A stretch of DNA of 64,000 nt from Spirogloea muscicola. Its lineage: Eukaryota. The translations under genes were made by a program, and so were the position numbers. The notes under the pieces were generated by a model, which was not told where the DNA came from, searched no databases, and worked only from the letters and a program-made list of their open reading frames with translations. The first letter of the stretch is position 1; every line of letters begins with the position of its first letter. Where the stretch lies: contig WELB01000013.1 of NCBI GenBank assembly GCA_009602725.1, positions 504,071 through 568,070 of the forward strand, read 5' to 3'. This document shows positions 23,993 to 36,299 of the stretch, one piece after another.

Positions 23993-26545
23993 CTGGCTGT
24001 GGCCGCTGATATATAGAAGCAGCTTCCAGGAATGGAGTGTGTAACTGAGTGATGGGGGGCCTGAGTGGCCACGAACAAAGGCCAGCAACGTTCACAGACG
24101 TGCATCACCTGCTGCTAAGCTGACCCGCTCAGTAAACCACGAGTCACCACATAGAGGTCTCGCTGATTGATGATGAGAAAGGGGAGGGCTTGCCCATAGA
24201 AAACGAGGGGCTAGCAAAGCCAGCTCAGAAAAGAATGGGCATTGTCCGCAGGCCTCAAAAAGGCCACAAAACAGTGCCAGGAAGGACAAAAACTACACTC
24301 CAAGATACGAAATGATGCAGATGGATGCTCAGTAACCACGAGTGAGCAACAGCAAATAGAATTACTCGAAGCAGGAAAAGCGGCACTCTGCCGAGACCCT
24401 GAGGCAGCAGCCATTGTGCGGCCAGCGCGCGTGTGGACCGCATGAGCCTGAGAGTGCTGGAGCGAGACCGCCAGTCGCATTCGAAAGACCTGAGCGACGG
24501 AGCCGGCAGCGTTGAAACCTAGCGAACACGGCCGCCGCTCGATGGCCCGCCGGGCAAGCGCTGGAGGAGATCCAGCCAGCCACTGCCGAAGGCCCCATGA
24601 ACGTCAATGGCCAGGGCCGCGAAGGCATCGGGAAGGGCTCGCCCATTGAGGATACGGGCTGGAAAAGCCAGCCCATCCTCCCCCGTTCTGCTATAGAAAG
24701 AAGTGGCTCTCCCAATGGGAGCAAGGGCTGTGAGAAGCCAGCCCGAAAAGAATTGACAAGGTTCGAAGGGGCCAAACTACGAGCTAAGCAGCGACTGCGG
24801 GGCCTGAAGAGGCTATGGCAGAACGGGGGAGGATGGACCACTTAGTAGTTACGAGTGAGGAGCCTCACATCCGACACATCTGCCATAGCCTCTTCAGGCC
24901 CCGCTGTCGCTGCTTAGCTCGTAGTTTGGCCCCTTCGAACCTTGTCAATTCTTTTCGGGCTGGCTTCTCACAGCCCTTGCCCCCATTGGGAGAGCCACTT
25001 CTTCAAAAAAGAATGAACAAAACACGAGAAGGGGGCCAAGGGGAGCGCTAAGAAACACAAGCACAACAAGAAACAAAGCAGCTACGAATTACTCAGTCAT
25101 CCCTGCTAAGCAGTCTCAGGTCAGAGAAGCTAGGCTCCTGGAAGTGAGTCCCCTGGCCAGAGCCAGGGGAAGAGAGAAGTGGCACTCCCAAAGGGGGCAA
25201 GGGCTGTGAAAAGCCAGCCCGAAGAAGAGTTGACAAAGTTTTGAAGGGGCCAAATGATGGAGGGGCCTAAAAAGCGCTAGGCAGCTACTAAGGGGCCTGA
25301 AGATGCTATGTCAGAACGGGGGAGGATGGACCACTCAGGACTTACGAGTGGGGAGCCTCAAATCCGACAGACTAGCTGCCGGGAAACTATCCCCCTGACG
25401 AAAGCCAGAGGCTGCAGCGAGAGCACGGCCAGCACGCAGATGCAAGGCGTGGGCCCAAAGGAACGTACAAGGTCTGAGTAAGGGAAGACCGGAGACAACG
25501 AAGCTCTACGACCGGGAGGTTCAATGGGAAGGAGCTCCCGGGAGTGGGGCGGGAAGGAGCGGTAGAAAGAAACGAGCTCTCCCAAATTGACAGCAATGGC
25601 TGTGAAAGGCCAGCCCAAAGGTATGGACAAGGTCTGCAAGGGCCGGATGGCGCAAAAAGCAGGAAACTAGTCTCCAAGACGTCAGCAATTGGGCTCTCAA
25701 TAACCTCTAGTCAGTAAGTGGAAGTCAGAATAACTAGAGGGCGGAAAAGCGTCGCCTGACGGAATCGGAACCAGCAGCCAAGGCGTGGCCTACAAGCAAG
25801 TCGACGGCAAAGGCGAGGGACCTCTGCAAAGGCGAGGGACCTTAGCTACTTGATTCCGTGTGTGTTTAAGCGTTTTTCCTGGCCCCTTCGGATATTGTTC
25901 ATTCTTTCTTCTGGGCTGGCCTCTCTCAGCCACCGCCCTCTCCTGGAAGCGTCTTTCTTCTTTTGCAGGGAGATTGCCAGGCGCATTCTCTACACTTGAG
26001 TAAACGACCCGGCGGCATTGAAGCCGGGCTGCTCGCTCTGCTGTCCCGAAGAAGCCCATCTTCGACAGGAGGGGATGGCCGTCAGAGGCCAGCCGGAAGG
26101 GACAAGGGTCCAAAGGAGCCAGAAAGAAAGTGCTCGCCCATAGAGAAGAGGGGCTGGCAAAGCCAGCCCAAAAAGCGCAGAAGAAACAGAAAGCAATCTC
26201 ACGAAGAGAATTGAGTGTGTTGGAAAAAGCGACGCGGGCACAGCGGGGCAGGAGCGGCGCAACGCGCCAGGCGGCGGTCGGGCTCCCCAGCCCAACCGCT
26301 TCCGCCTGTCCGCAATAGAAAGGGCGGGGCGCCACGCCGGACACACGGGCCGCGAGGGGCCGACAACAAGTGTGGTGGGGTCGCTGGCGCGGGCCCAAGT
26401 GGCGCCTCCGCCGAAAATGGCCAAACGGCGAGGGAGGCGAGGGGCGAGGGAGGCGAGGGGGCTCACTGGCAAACTAAGAGATAAAGAAAGTGGCTCCCAA
26501 AAAGGGGATCGGGGGCTGTGAATACAAACAGCCAGCCCGAGAATC
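23993..26545. mobile_element. Nested cluster of CRE-like retrotransposon remnants and hairpin units
   Basis: Minus-strand RLE C-termini at ~24330-24600 (RMRLAVSLQHSQAHAVHTRAGRTMAAASG) and ~25340-25460. 3'UTR copies at 24698-24876 and ~25176-25340. At least 8 GGCTG-loop-CAGCC units in both orientations. Confidence 0.75.
24698..25003. repeat. Near-perfect inverted repeat, 125-bp arms (24698-24822 / 24879-25003)
   Basis: Arms are reverse complements with two mismatches by eye and consist of the CRE 3'UTR. Confidence 0.9.
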
Positions 26546-27008
26546 CTAGACAAGGGCCGAAGGGGATTCGAATGCGGTGGAAAGGGGACGGGCGCGGGGG
26601 GGGGGGCAGCCGAGCCGTCGGGGAGAGGATGGGGGCTTTTATCCCCGCGCCGGCGAAGCATGTTTCGCCGTCTGCCGATTCGGCGCAACTTTCAAAGGCC
26701 CGGGCGGCAGGGCTGTTCGGGCGGCGCCGCGTGACCTGCCTCGCGACAAGCCGCGACCACGTGGCAGATCTTCGTCGGGCCGCCCAGCGCACGCCCAGAG
26801 GCATCCCGGGTGGCCCGGCGGCCCGGCGGCCCGGCAGCGGCACGATTTGTCGCAAAGCGGAACCTGGCGACAGCTCTGGCGCGTCGGGATTTGGCGGGCC
26901 TGCCGCGACACGGGGGGGCGCGTGCGGCCGACAGGTCGGCGGGCGGCCGTCGGATGGGCGCATCCGGCGGTCGCGGCGTGGGCGCCAGCTGGCGGGGCGG
27001 AGGCGCCG

Positions 27009-27737
27009 NNNNNNNNNNNNNNNNNNNNNNNNNNNNNNNNNNNNNNNNNNNNNNNNNNNNNNNNNNNNNNNNNNNNNNNNNNNNNNNNNNNNNNNNNNNN
27101 NNNNNNNNNNNNNNNNNNNNNNNNNNNNNNNNNNNNNNNNNNNNNNNNNNNNNNNNNNNNNNNNNNNNNNNNNNNNNNNNNNNNNNNNNNNNNNNNNNNN
27201 NNNNNNNNNNNNNNNNNNNNNNNNNNNNNNNNNNNNNNNNNNNNNNNNNNNNNNNNNNNNNNNNNNNNNNNNNNNNNNNNNNNNNNNNNNNNNNNNNNNN
27301 NNNNNNNNNNNNNNNNNNNNNNNNNNNNNNNNNNNNNNNNNNNNNNNNNNNNNNNNNNNNNNNNNNNNNNNNNNNNNNNNNNNNNNNNNNNNNNNNNNNN
27401 NNNNNNNNNNNNNNNNNNNNNNNNNNNNNNNNNNNNNNNNNNNNNNNNNNNNNNNNNNNNNNNNNNNNNNNNNNNNNNNNNNNNNNNNNNNNNNNNNNNN
27501 NNNNNNNNNNNNNNNNNNNNNNNNNNNNNNNNNNNNNNNNNNNNNNNNNNNNNNNNNNNNNNNNNNNNNNNNNNNNNNNNNNNNNNNNNNNNNNNNNNNN
27601 NNNNNNNNNNNNNNNNNNNNNNNNNNNNNNNNNNNNNNNNNNNNNNNNNNNNNNNNNNNNNNNNNNNNNNNNNNNNNNNNNNNNNNNNNNNNNNNNNNNN
27701 NNNNNNNNNNNNNNNNNNNNNNNNNNNNNNNNNNNNN
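27009..27737. other. Assembly gap (N run)
   Basis: Run of n characters. Confidence 1.
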
Positions 27738-28101
27738 CCCCCCCCGCTCCCCCCGCCTCCGCCTCCTCCCACTGCCTCTGGCCCCGCCCCCGGACCCAGC
27801 TCGGACCCAGTTCGCATAGCTCGGACCCAGTTCGCAGAGACTGTTCCCAGAGCTAGCTGCCCACGAATGCGACAGCAGGAGCGGTGGTGGTCTTGGCAGC
27901 CTGCCTGAGTGGCAGCCCCCGTGTGGCCGCCAGCGACCTCTGACAGCATAGCAGTCGTTGCTGCAGCGGTAGCATCCTGCAGTGGCGTTCGTCGGAGCCA
28001 TGCCGGCTCGCCGGCCGGGGCGACAGCGGAGTTCACTTGGGCGCCGGCGCCGGCACTGCAGCTTTCTTGGCACCTCCCAATGACAGCAGCCGCCGGCGGA
28101 C

Positions 28102-31100
28102 ATGCTCGTCCCTCTCGCTCAACGGAGGCGGCGGCTGCAGAGGGCAGGCGTGCTCTCCCGAGCATGCCTTCGCTCGCTCGCCTGCACCATCGCCCTCGCC
28201 CTTGCAACCAGTGCCGGCTGCACAGAGGCGGGCCCAGAGTACAGCAGAGATGTCGAGCCGCAGCCATGCGCGTACGAGCTCCTGCCAGACGTTCCGCAGT
28301 CGCCGCCGCCGCCGAGGTTGCCGGCCGTCTACACTGACCGGCGGCGGCTGGTGGTGCAGTTCAACAGCACCAACATCCAGCGCCTGGGCTTGCTGCCGTC
28401 GTCGCTCTTCAATGCCTCGGCGCTGCCAGCGGCGAGCCCGCCCCTCATCTACCGCTACGTCAGTGTGGTGCCGCCGAGCGGTGGCGTGGACTGGCGCACC
28501 AAAGGCGTCGTGACTGCAGTCAAAACCCAGGGGCAGTGCGAGAGTTGCTGGGCGTTGGCAGTGGCTGACGCAATCGCCAGCCTGCGGAAGATTGCATCAC
28601 CGTCCGTGCCGGCCGTCGACCTCTCTGCACAGCAGATTTGCGACTGCGGCAATGCCGGAAAGTGCTGCAGTGGAGGCTGGCCTGCTTTTGCGCTCGACTA
28701 TGTCGTGGCCAACGGCGGCCTCGACGTGGCCAGCGACTACGCGTACCGCGCCCGCAACCAGGCATGCAATGCAGTCCTGGCAGCAAAGCACGTTGGCGTC
28801 GTCACTGCCTGGGAGCTCGTGCCCGCGCGGAGCCTCCTCTCAGTGAAGCAGGCGCTGGCCAACCACCCGGTGGTCGTGACGCTGGATGCGTCGTCTCCCG
28901 ACTTCCAGAGCTACACGAGCGGCATCTTCGACTCGTCGTCGTGCGGCAACACTGTGAATCACGCGATGCTGGCGATTGGGTATGGCTTCGACTCTGCTAC
29001 GCAGAAGCCTTATCTGCTGCTCAAGAACTCCTGGGGCGCTTCGTGGGGTGAGAGCGGCTACATGCGACTTGCTGCGTACGAGGGCGCCGGCCTCTGTGGC
29101 GTGCTGGCCACCAACCCGCTCTACGCCGTCCACTCCAATGCCACCAACCCGTGTGACAACTTGCCGAATCCGTGCGCCACTGGCAAGTGTGTGCCTGCTG
29201 GCGGCGCCGTGGGCTATGCTTGCCAGTGCCCATCAGGTTACACGCAGTACACCTCCGGCACGGTGGCAGGCCCGAAGTGCGTGCTGGCCAACCCGTGCAA
29301 CACAAACCCCAACCCCTGCGGCGCCGGCACTTGCACGCCCGCGCCTGGTGGCGTGTACAGCTGCCGATGCCCATCGAACACGATTGTTGGTGCACGGTCA
29401 GATGGCCAGCCGACGTGCGTTTTCGGCCAAGGGGCATCTGGCGTGCGCGTGTATTGGACCTACGCTGGTGACACCTGCCAGAGCATATACACCGTCTTCA
29501 ATCTTACTCTCACCTTCTTTGCTGGCCTGAACCCGGGCATCGATTGTTCCCGTACGCTCACTCCTGGTATTAGCAAACTCTATGTTGCATGTCCCCACTC
29601 TCATCGTTTACCATTGCAAGCTGTGGCGTATGAAAGCTGCCCATCATTGGAACCGTGCTTCATTGCATTTGCATTGTCAGTTTTTGCAATCATGACAATG
29701 CCAGCCCATGTGTGCTTTGCAACTCACAGCTAAACCCACCTCCGGCCGCTTGCTCTATCGCCCACAGGCATCGCTGTGGCCGTATCAAATGACAGCTGCA
29801 GCGTGGGGTGCCTGACAACGGCCCGCGCTAAGGCTGGCGACAACTGTACCACGCTGGCAAGCCAATACAACGTCGCATCGGCTGCCGCCTTTCAGGCTGC
29901 GAATCCTGGAATCAATTGCACAGGCATCAAGGCCAGCCAGCTGGTGTGCGTGCTCTCAGGGGGCCTGGCGCATGCCGCCGTGTTGCCGCCGCGCTGCGGC
30001 CAGTCGATTGACAGAAACCAGACAGGGTGCACCAGCTGCTCATGCGTCATGTCCAAGTACCAACTCGATAGTGCGGCATTTGCGGCGCTCAACCCGGGAT
30101 TCAACTGCTCTGCGGGGCTGCCCATTACAATCTGCATAGCAAATTATACTGCTGACTCCGCATCAATAGACTGTGCCGAATTTGTCCGTGTCAATGTGAG
30201 ACACACACTCCTTTCCTTCTTGCCAGCATTACCACCATCAATTCGCGGCGCTCCCTCTGCTGTCTCTTCTCAAGAACCCCTGGCAATCATCGCTTTGTGG
30301 AGCTGCATTGCTCCACATAGCAATGATCCATTGAATTTATGTAAAGACATGCTGCCAAGCCTGGTCGATGCTGATACCAGGCCATGCTGCCATCGTTCTG
30401 CTTGTGGTGCCATGCAGCAAGGTGAGACATGCGGGGTCATTCAGGCGCGGTACAATCTAACGGACAGCCAGTTTGCAGTGCTCAATCCGGGCCTGCTGTG
30501 CGACTACCCACGGCTTCAGGTCGGGCAGCCTGTGTGCATTTCGCCACCCAAGGAGGCGGACTATGTCAACCGCATGCCATATAAGAGCAGCGGCCTGCCC
30601 AATGAGACGCTGCCTGCAATAGCGCAGTCTGTTGCGCTAGCTTGCGGGCCTGTTGCTTCGCCCGCCAACATTTGCTGGGCAAATCACCTGCAAAACTGCA
30701 GTGCGCCGCTGCCCAACAACACGCTCATCCAGGTGCTTGACCATGCTTGGTATCGAAGTCTCTCCTATGTCCTCTGTGCATCAATGCAGCCCTGGCCACT
30801 TAAGATTCTTCCTACGACGTAGCTGATTGGTCCTTCCTGCACGCAGATTCCTTGCCAGTGGCCGGTGGGGCGGTACTGTGGGTGCCCCGCCGGTTCGCCC
30901 GTGTGTGGCTGGGACGGCAAGATCTATCAGTCACTGTGTGACGCCATCTGCAATTACGGGACTCCAACTTACGCGCCAGTCAATGGCGCCTGCAATCCGT
31001 GCGCGGCTGCGTGCGGTGGCAAGTGCTTTGGGCCCCCGGCTATCACAGCGCCGTCCTACTGCTTCACAGCATCCCGTACAAACCCGTGCCCATATCCGCC

Positions 31101-31227
31101 CTTCCCGCCCATCACATACTCGTGTAATGACTACCTGATGGAGTGCCAGCGCTGCTGCTTCTCCCTCGGCTATGGCTCACACGCCTTCAACACCTGCTTT
31201 GCCAACTGCCGCCGCTACAAGTGCTGA
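28102..31227 (+). CDS. Putatively secreted papain-like cysteine protease (C1A)-2xEGF-4/5xLysM-Kazal-like-Cys-rich fusion, ~862 aa; exons 28102-29566, 29768-30195, 30418-30732, 30847-31227
   Basis: Hydrophobic LACTIALALATSAG; VDWRTKGVVTAVKTQGQCESCWA (catalytic Cys), NHAMLAIGYG (His), LLKNSWGASWGESGYMRL (Asn); two NPC...C.C.P.GY/NT...C EGF-like units; GDTC...LNPGIDC-type LysM repeats; PVCGWDGKIYQSLC Kazal-like. The four exons splice in frame via GT-AG (2589 nt). Confidence 0.88.
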
Positions 31228-32389
31228 CCTCCTCAACACCGCCTGCTGCGTCTGCTCGTCAAGCTGGGCGGACATCCTTGAAGTCGTGTCTCAACCCATC
31301 TTGCTCTGCTCTACTGTGCACTGATCCTTCCCACCTGGAGCTTCCTCAGCTTGCATCAGTGAAATGCCATCTCGATCAGCCAGAGCTCACCCTGCCTGAA
31401 GGACCTCTGAGCTCTAGTTCCGCTCAGAGTTCCTCCACGCAAGTCCGTGTCTCTGCAGATGGCAAATGTGATGAGATCCAACTCTCTCACAAGAGCAGCG
31501 CAGCCCAGCACTGCGAGCTGAAGCTCACAGAGGCTGAGGGCTACTCTGGAAGAGGTGCTAGCAAAGACAAGCACCTGCCCTAGAATGCAGGCCCTGGTCC
31601 TTCATGCACGAATATGGTTAACCAGCGCAGATTATGGCTTTATATTGTAATGGGCAATAGGCCACTGGTGCTTCCCCTGGTTGTTTCTGATGACCAATAA
31701 AGCAAGGCCGCAAGTAAGATCACAGGTTATAATTGATTGGGCCAAAGCATGACATTGATAAGATGAGATGCATGACAATGCCTAATAGTTAATACTAGAA
31801 ATAGTGGCAATGACATCAAGTCGGAGCTTGTGCGTTTTACTGTATGCAGTGTACACAAGGTGCATATCTGGCGCAGGCGCATCTGCATTGCCTGCTTGGC
31901 CGCACAGTGCCAGGGTTGCCCACAGGAGGTGCTGCCAGTAGCAAATGCAAGCGGCAAAATAAAGCCATGACAGACTACAAAGGAGCCAACAAAAAAGCGC
32001 CATGCCTACATTAACACGCTCGGCAAGAAGTGGAGCATGCATATCGTGATGCCACACCCCAACTACTGGCTAGAGATGCAGCCAGAGCCCCATCTCGTCT
32101 GACCCTATTGGGAAAGAGGGCGGGGGTTGGAGAGGGAAGGGGGGGTAAAGGTAGTGGGGAGGGACGGGAACACAGCTGGGCGAGTAGTTGCATAACTGGC
32201 GGGGCTGCCATTTGACCTCTATTGGGCTTCCAAACAGAGGGGCAACACTGAGTAGTCGACTCTCCATCCATACTTGGAGAGTCTGATGATTGATGACATT
32301 ACCACGAGCTCTTGCTGCAAACTGCAGCTTCTCAAGATTGTTGCTGAGTGGTAGGTAGACAGGTGTGCAAGCTGGTCACGTGCGAGCTT

Positions 32390-34786
32390 TCAGGCCTCCT
32401 TAGCCTCCTCCTTGGGCCGGATGGCAGTCATGTTGTACATTGCGAGGCCAAGGACAAGTATAGCAGTGCCAGTGAAGAAGCCTGGGGGCAGCGGGGCTGG
32501 AGAGCCCAGCAAGGGCAGGCGCAGCGTGAAGGCAGCTATTGTGAGCGGGACTGCAACACCAAACCGGACATGGCATGGGTGCGTCAGATCAGGCTGCCGT
32601 GTCAGGGGCAACGTGTCACCTGATATGATAGCTCAGTGAGAGGCAAGAGACATGCATTTGGACCAGGGACAGGGCTCTTTACCGGAGACGGTAACGCAGA
32701 GGGAGGCAACAAGCGCCGAGCTGGTCTTGAGGAGGTTGAGCGCAGCAATGTTGAACATGAGATTGGCGATCACATACAGAAGGGGTATGCCTGGTGCGCC
32801 CTCACAGCCTGCACCCGCCTCGCGGCCCAATTGCGTCAAATATGCGTCAAACGTGCAATGTTAAGGAACACTAGAAGTGAACGCGCTGCTGATGCCGCAT
32901 GTAGGTCAGGAGGATGCCAGCATTTCATGCTCTTGCTCGGGCGCGTTGGCAGAGAGGTGTATTGCCAAATTGCCCATGTCAGGCTCAGAATGATATTGAG
33001 GACACGGCTATAATGCAGAGCAGGACAGAAAGCCAACACGCACCAACCCCTGAGGCCCCGTAGTTGAAGAAGCACGCGGTCCCGGAGGCGAAGTAGCTGC
33101 CCAGCTGCCAGAAGGGGATGCCTCGCAGTCGCGAAAGCAGCGGCAGCATCATGAATATAAAGAGGGCCTGCATTTCAAAGACGTCCCATGAGCAAATGCA
33201 GCACTGTAATCCCCAATCCAGATTAAGTCAACTGCCAGCCTACATTTGCAGGGTCAGAGATGCTCTTGCTTTGAAAGAGATGGTGTGTACGGACAAGCAC
33301 CAGGCAAAAGCCAGTAGCTCGGCCAGTGGCTCATACATGAAGACCTTCACCTGGAAGCCGGAGCCGTAGGAATTGACCACAAAGAGGTCAAGCCCTTCTC
33401 CCTGCACAAGTTGCGCAGGAAGTATATGCCGTAAGCCGACACACCAACCCAATCTGTGCCATTCCGCTGCACTTTACCCTGTGTGTGTGTGTGGCATGCA
33501 TTTGCAGACCAACAGCATCCTGCTGCCGCCAGGCTCCGTCTACCCCAGATGATGTGCTTGTTAGCCCACCTTCAAGCGCGTAGCTGCATCTTTGAAGACG
33601 TATTCCTGCACAAAGAGGGGGCATGTGAGGTTGCCGGTTTTGATAGCAGGGCAGTTGATTATGTAAAGGGCCAGGCCGCAATGCAACAGCGGTATTCACT
33701 TTCAGAAACAATCTGCACTGCACTGACTTTGAGGATGGAGGCGGCTGCCGGAAAGGCAGTGGATACAATCATAAGCAGCGGCCAAAGGCCTGTGCCAGCG
33801 AAATAATTGCTCGATCCCATGCCACTGCAGCCCACAGGATAGCGCAAGGGCGAGAGTCAGCAAGGCTGAAATTTGGCAGGCAGCTGGGACAGATGCTCAG
33901 CTTATGACAGCCCCAAGCCCTGAGACAGCGTGGTTGGAGGCGACAGGAGCGAGGGAGTAAGTACTGCTTGTGCACCTGGAGACAACGACAATGACGCCAA
34001 GGATGACGAGTACGCAGCCAAAGATCTGGCCGCCAGAGAAGCGCTTGCCCAAGATTGTGGCCGATAGCACAAGCTGCCAAACGAGGAAGACCTGAAGCAG
34101 AAGCCACGCTGCGCAGCCTGTCAGAATAGACGTTGTTGCTGCGGCCATCATCATTGCAGGTCGTCAGAAATTAGTGCTGATGAGGGATAAAGGGCTGTTT
34201 GAGGGGTGCGTAACAAAGCAAAAGATGCAATGATGTCAGACCTGTGTGAGGATCGGGATGATGGCCCCAGGGAGCAGCGCTGTTTCAAAGGACGAGCAGC
34301 CCCGCAGCAGCAAAGTACTTGGCATTAGACGCTGACATGTAGGCGGTACTTCCACTCCGCTGTTAACCACAATAGCAGCAGGTAGCAGGGCGTCGACTGA
34401 CCAGCGGCAGCCATGCCCGAAGCAAGGCCGATGGCTTCAAGGCCACCCATCATGGCGAAGCGCCACTTTGGTACACGCAGCATCTCGTCAGTCACGACAC
34501 CACTCTGGTGGCGCCACCTCAGGATGGAGAAATACACCGCCACGTAGCTGCCGCCGCCACATTCAGGCCAGCCGCCCAAGGTGATGAGAGCTAGCAGTAA
34601 AGTAGCTCCCACAAGCACGACAGTTATGGAGCTCAGCTCAATGGCAGTCCGTTGCAAGTGGCCTGACCCAAAGGTGGTGAGTTGGGCAAGGAAGAAGGGG
34701 TAGTCGCGCAGGGGTACAAGCGCCATCTTGTACAGAACGCGGTTGGTCACGCCGAGGACCACTGTCAGCAGCGCCGCGCTGAGCAC
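32390..34786 (-). CDS. CLT: CRT-like (chloroquine-resistance-transporter-like) plastid thiol transporter; 5' end probably at or beyond gap 35156-35423
   Basis: LGVTNRVLYKMALVPLRDYPFFLAQLTTFG|YVAVYFSIL; MGGLEAIGLASGMAAA; VFLVWQLVLSATILG; LDLFVVNSYGSGFQ|ALFIFMMLP; CEGAPGIPLLYVIANLMFNI; VPLTIAAFTLRLPLLG. Confidence 0.88.
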
Positions 34787-35155
34787 CTGCAGCAACGGCA
34801 GCAGAGGCATCGGTGCGCTAGCGTAAATGCGTGGCTCGAGAGGCTCAGCTAGATAACCCATCAGCTGGCGCCACTGGTGGGGAGATGGCCCCAGCAGAAT
34901 GCAGTGCCTTGCCACTCAGATTTGGACAGAGCGTCGGAACACTGTTGCAGCAGTTGAAGAATGCGGCTGCAGATACTAACAGAGCGGCTGTGAAAGCCAG
35001 CCAGGTGCCTACAGAGGTATATATTAGACTAATGATATGCTACAAATGAACATATGTGCAATGTATGACATTTTCAACGTAACATATGACTATATTAGCG
35101 GAGCCCCGGGAGACAGGGGAGGAGGGAGGGGGGGGGGAGGGGCGGGACCTGGAGC

Positions 35156-35423
35156 NNNNNNNNNNNNNNNNNNNNNNNNNNNNNNNNNNNNNNNNNNNNN
35201 NNNNNNNNNNNNNNNNNNNNNNNNNNNNNNNNNNNNNNNNNNNNNNNNNNNNNNNNNNNNNNNNNNNNNNNNNNNNNNNNNNNNNNNNNNNNNNNNNNNN
35301 NNNNNNNNNNNNNNNNNNNNNNNNNNNNNNNNNNNNNNNNNNNNNNNNNNNNNNNNNNNNNNNNNNNNNNNNNNNNNNNNNNNNNNNNNNNNNNNNNNNN
35401 NNNNNNNNNNNNNNNNNNNNNNN
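35156..35423. other. Assembly gap (N run)
   Basis: Run of n characters. Confidence 1.
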
Positions 35424-35764
35424 GGCGGCCGCCGGGCGCATGGGGGCCGGCGGCGGGGGCGGCGGCGACGGCGGCGGCGATGACGGCGGTCGGAGGTGGG
35501 CGGCGGCGGGACGCTTGTGGGGAGTGTGAAGCCAGTTGGCGGCGGCGGGGAGACGGCGCCGAGTCGCGGTCTGCCACGATGTTTCCTTGCTCTGCTCACA
35601 ACCAATGCACTGGCTTGCTCGGGCCTCCCCCTCTCTCCTCGTACGTCATCAGATGCGCTTGCCGTTGTACTTGGCCACTTCGCCATCTAGTCTTTCAGAT
35701 CTGAGGCTCCTCACTACGTAGCGACTGAGTGGGGCATCCTCCCCCAGTTCTGAGACAGCCCTTC

Positions 35765-36170
35765 ATGGCCCCTTCGTAGTTTGGCCCCTTTGCCTTGTCA
35801 ACCCTTTTTTGGGCTGGCTTCTCACAGCCCTTGCCTCCATTGAGAGAGCCACTTTCTCTTTGGCCTTCCAATGTTTCAATACACGCAACTCTATTCTATT
35901 CCCCCGAGCAAGCAGCTCTTCCAAGGGGGTGAGGTCTGTGACAAGCAGCTCATCCAAAGAGAGAGACTCTTCCAGCAGATGGGCGAGGGCTGTGATGGAT
36001 AGCTAGACTTGGGAGCGCTGCAAACTGAGCGAGAGCCGCAACCTGCAACGCCGACTACCGTCTGTGGAACGCTAGCAAGCCCTGGCCCCCTCACACTGAC
36101 ATGGCGCTCAGCAAACGAGCTGGGCCAGAGGTGGAGGCAAGGCAGCCGTAGACATCCACAGGGCATACCA
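35765..36170. mobile_element. Hairpin unit (+) and decayed CRE-like RLE C-terminus (-)
   Basis: GGGCTGGCTTCTCACAGCCCTTGCCTCCATTGAGAGAGCCACTT at ~35811-35855. Minus-strand RRCRLRLSLSLQRSQ at ~36005-36055. Confidence 0.6.
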
Positions 36171-36299
36171 GTGTACTAGCTTGGCCTGGCCTCCTTTCAT
36201 TCCATGCGCACCACGCGCACCTTACCTCCCACAATTGACTCAGAGCTGCTATGTTTGGGATTGTGCACTAAGCGGAGTATCATCCGACAATGTAGGTGT

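Noticed and set aside
24698..24780. Hairpin unit as an HDV-like or hammerhead ribozyme
   Set aside because: I could not fit the nested double pseudoknot or the CUGAnGA/GAAA core; only a simple hairpin or H-type pairing is evident.
26463..28267. Long ORFs (350-550 aa) spanning 27009-27737
   Set aside because: Artefacts of the N gap; the flanking translations are low-complexity GC-rich sequence.
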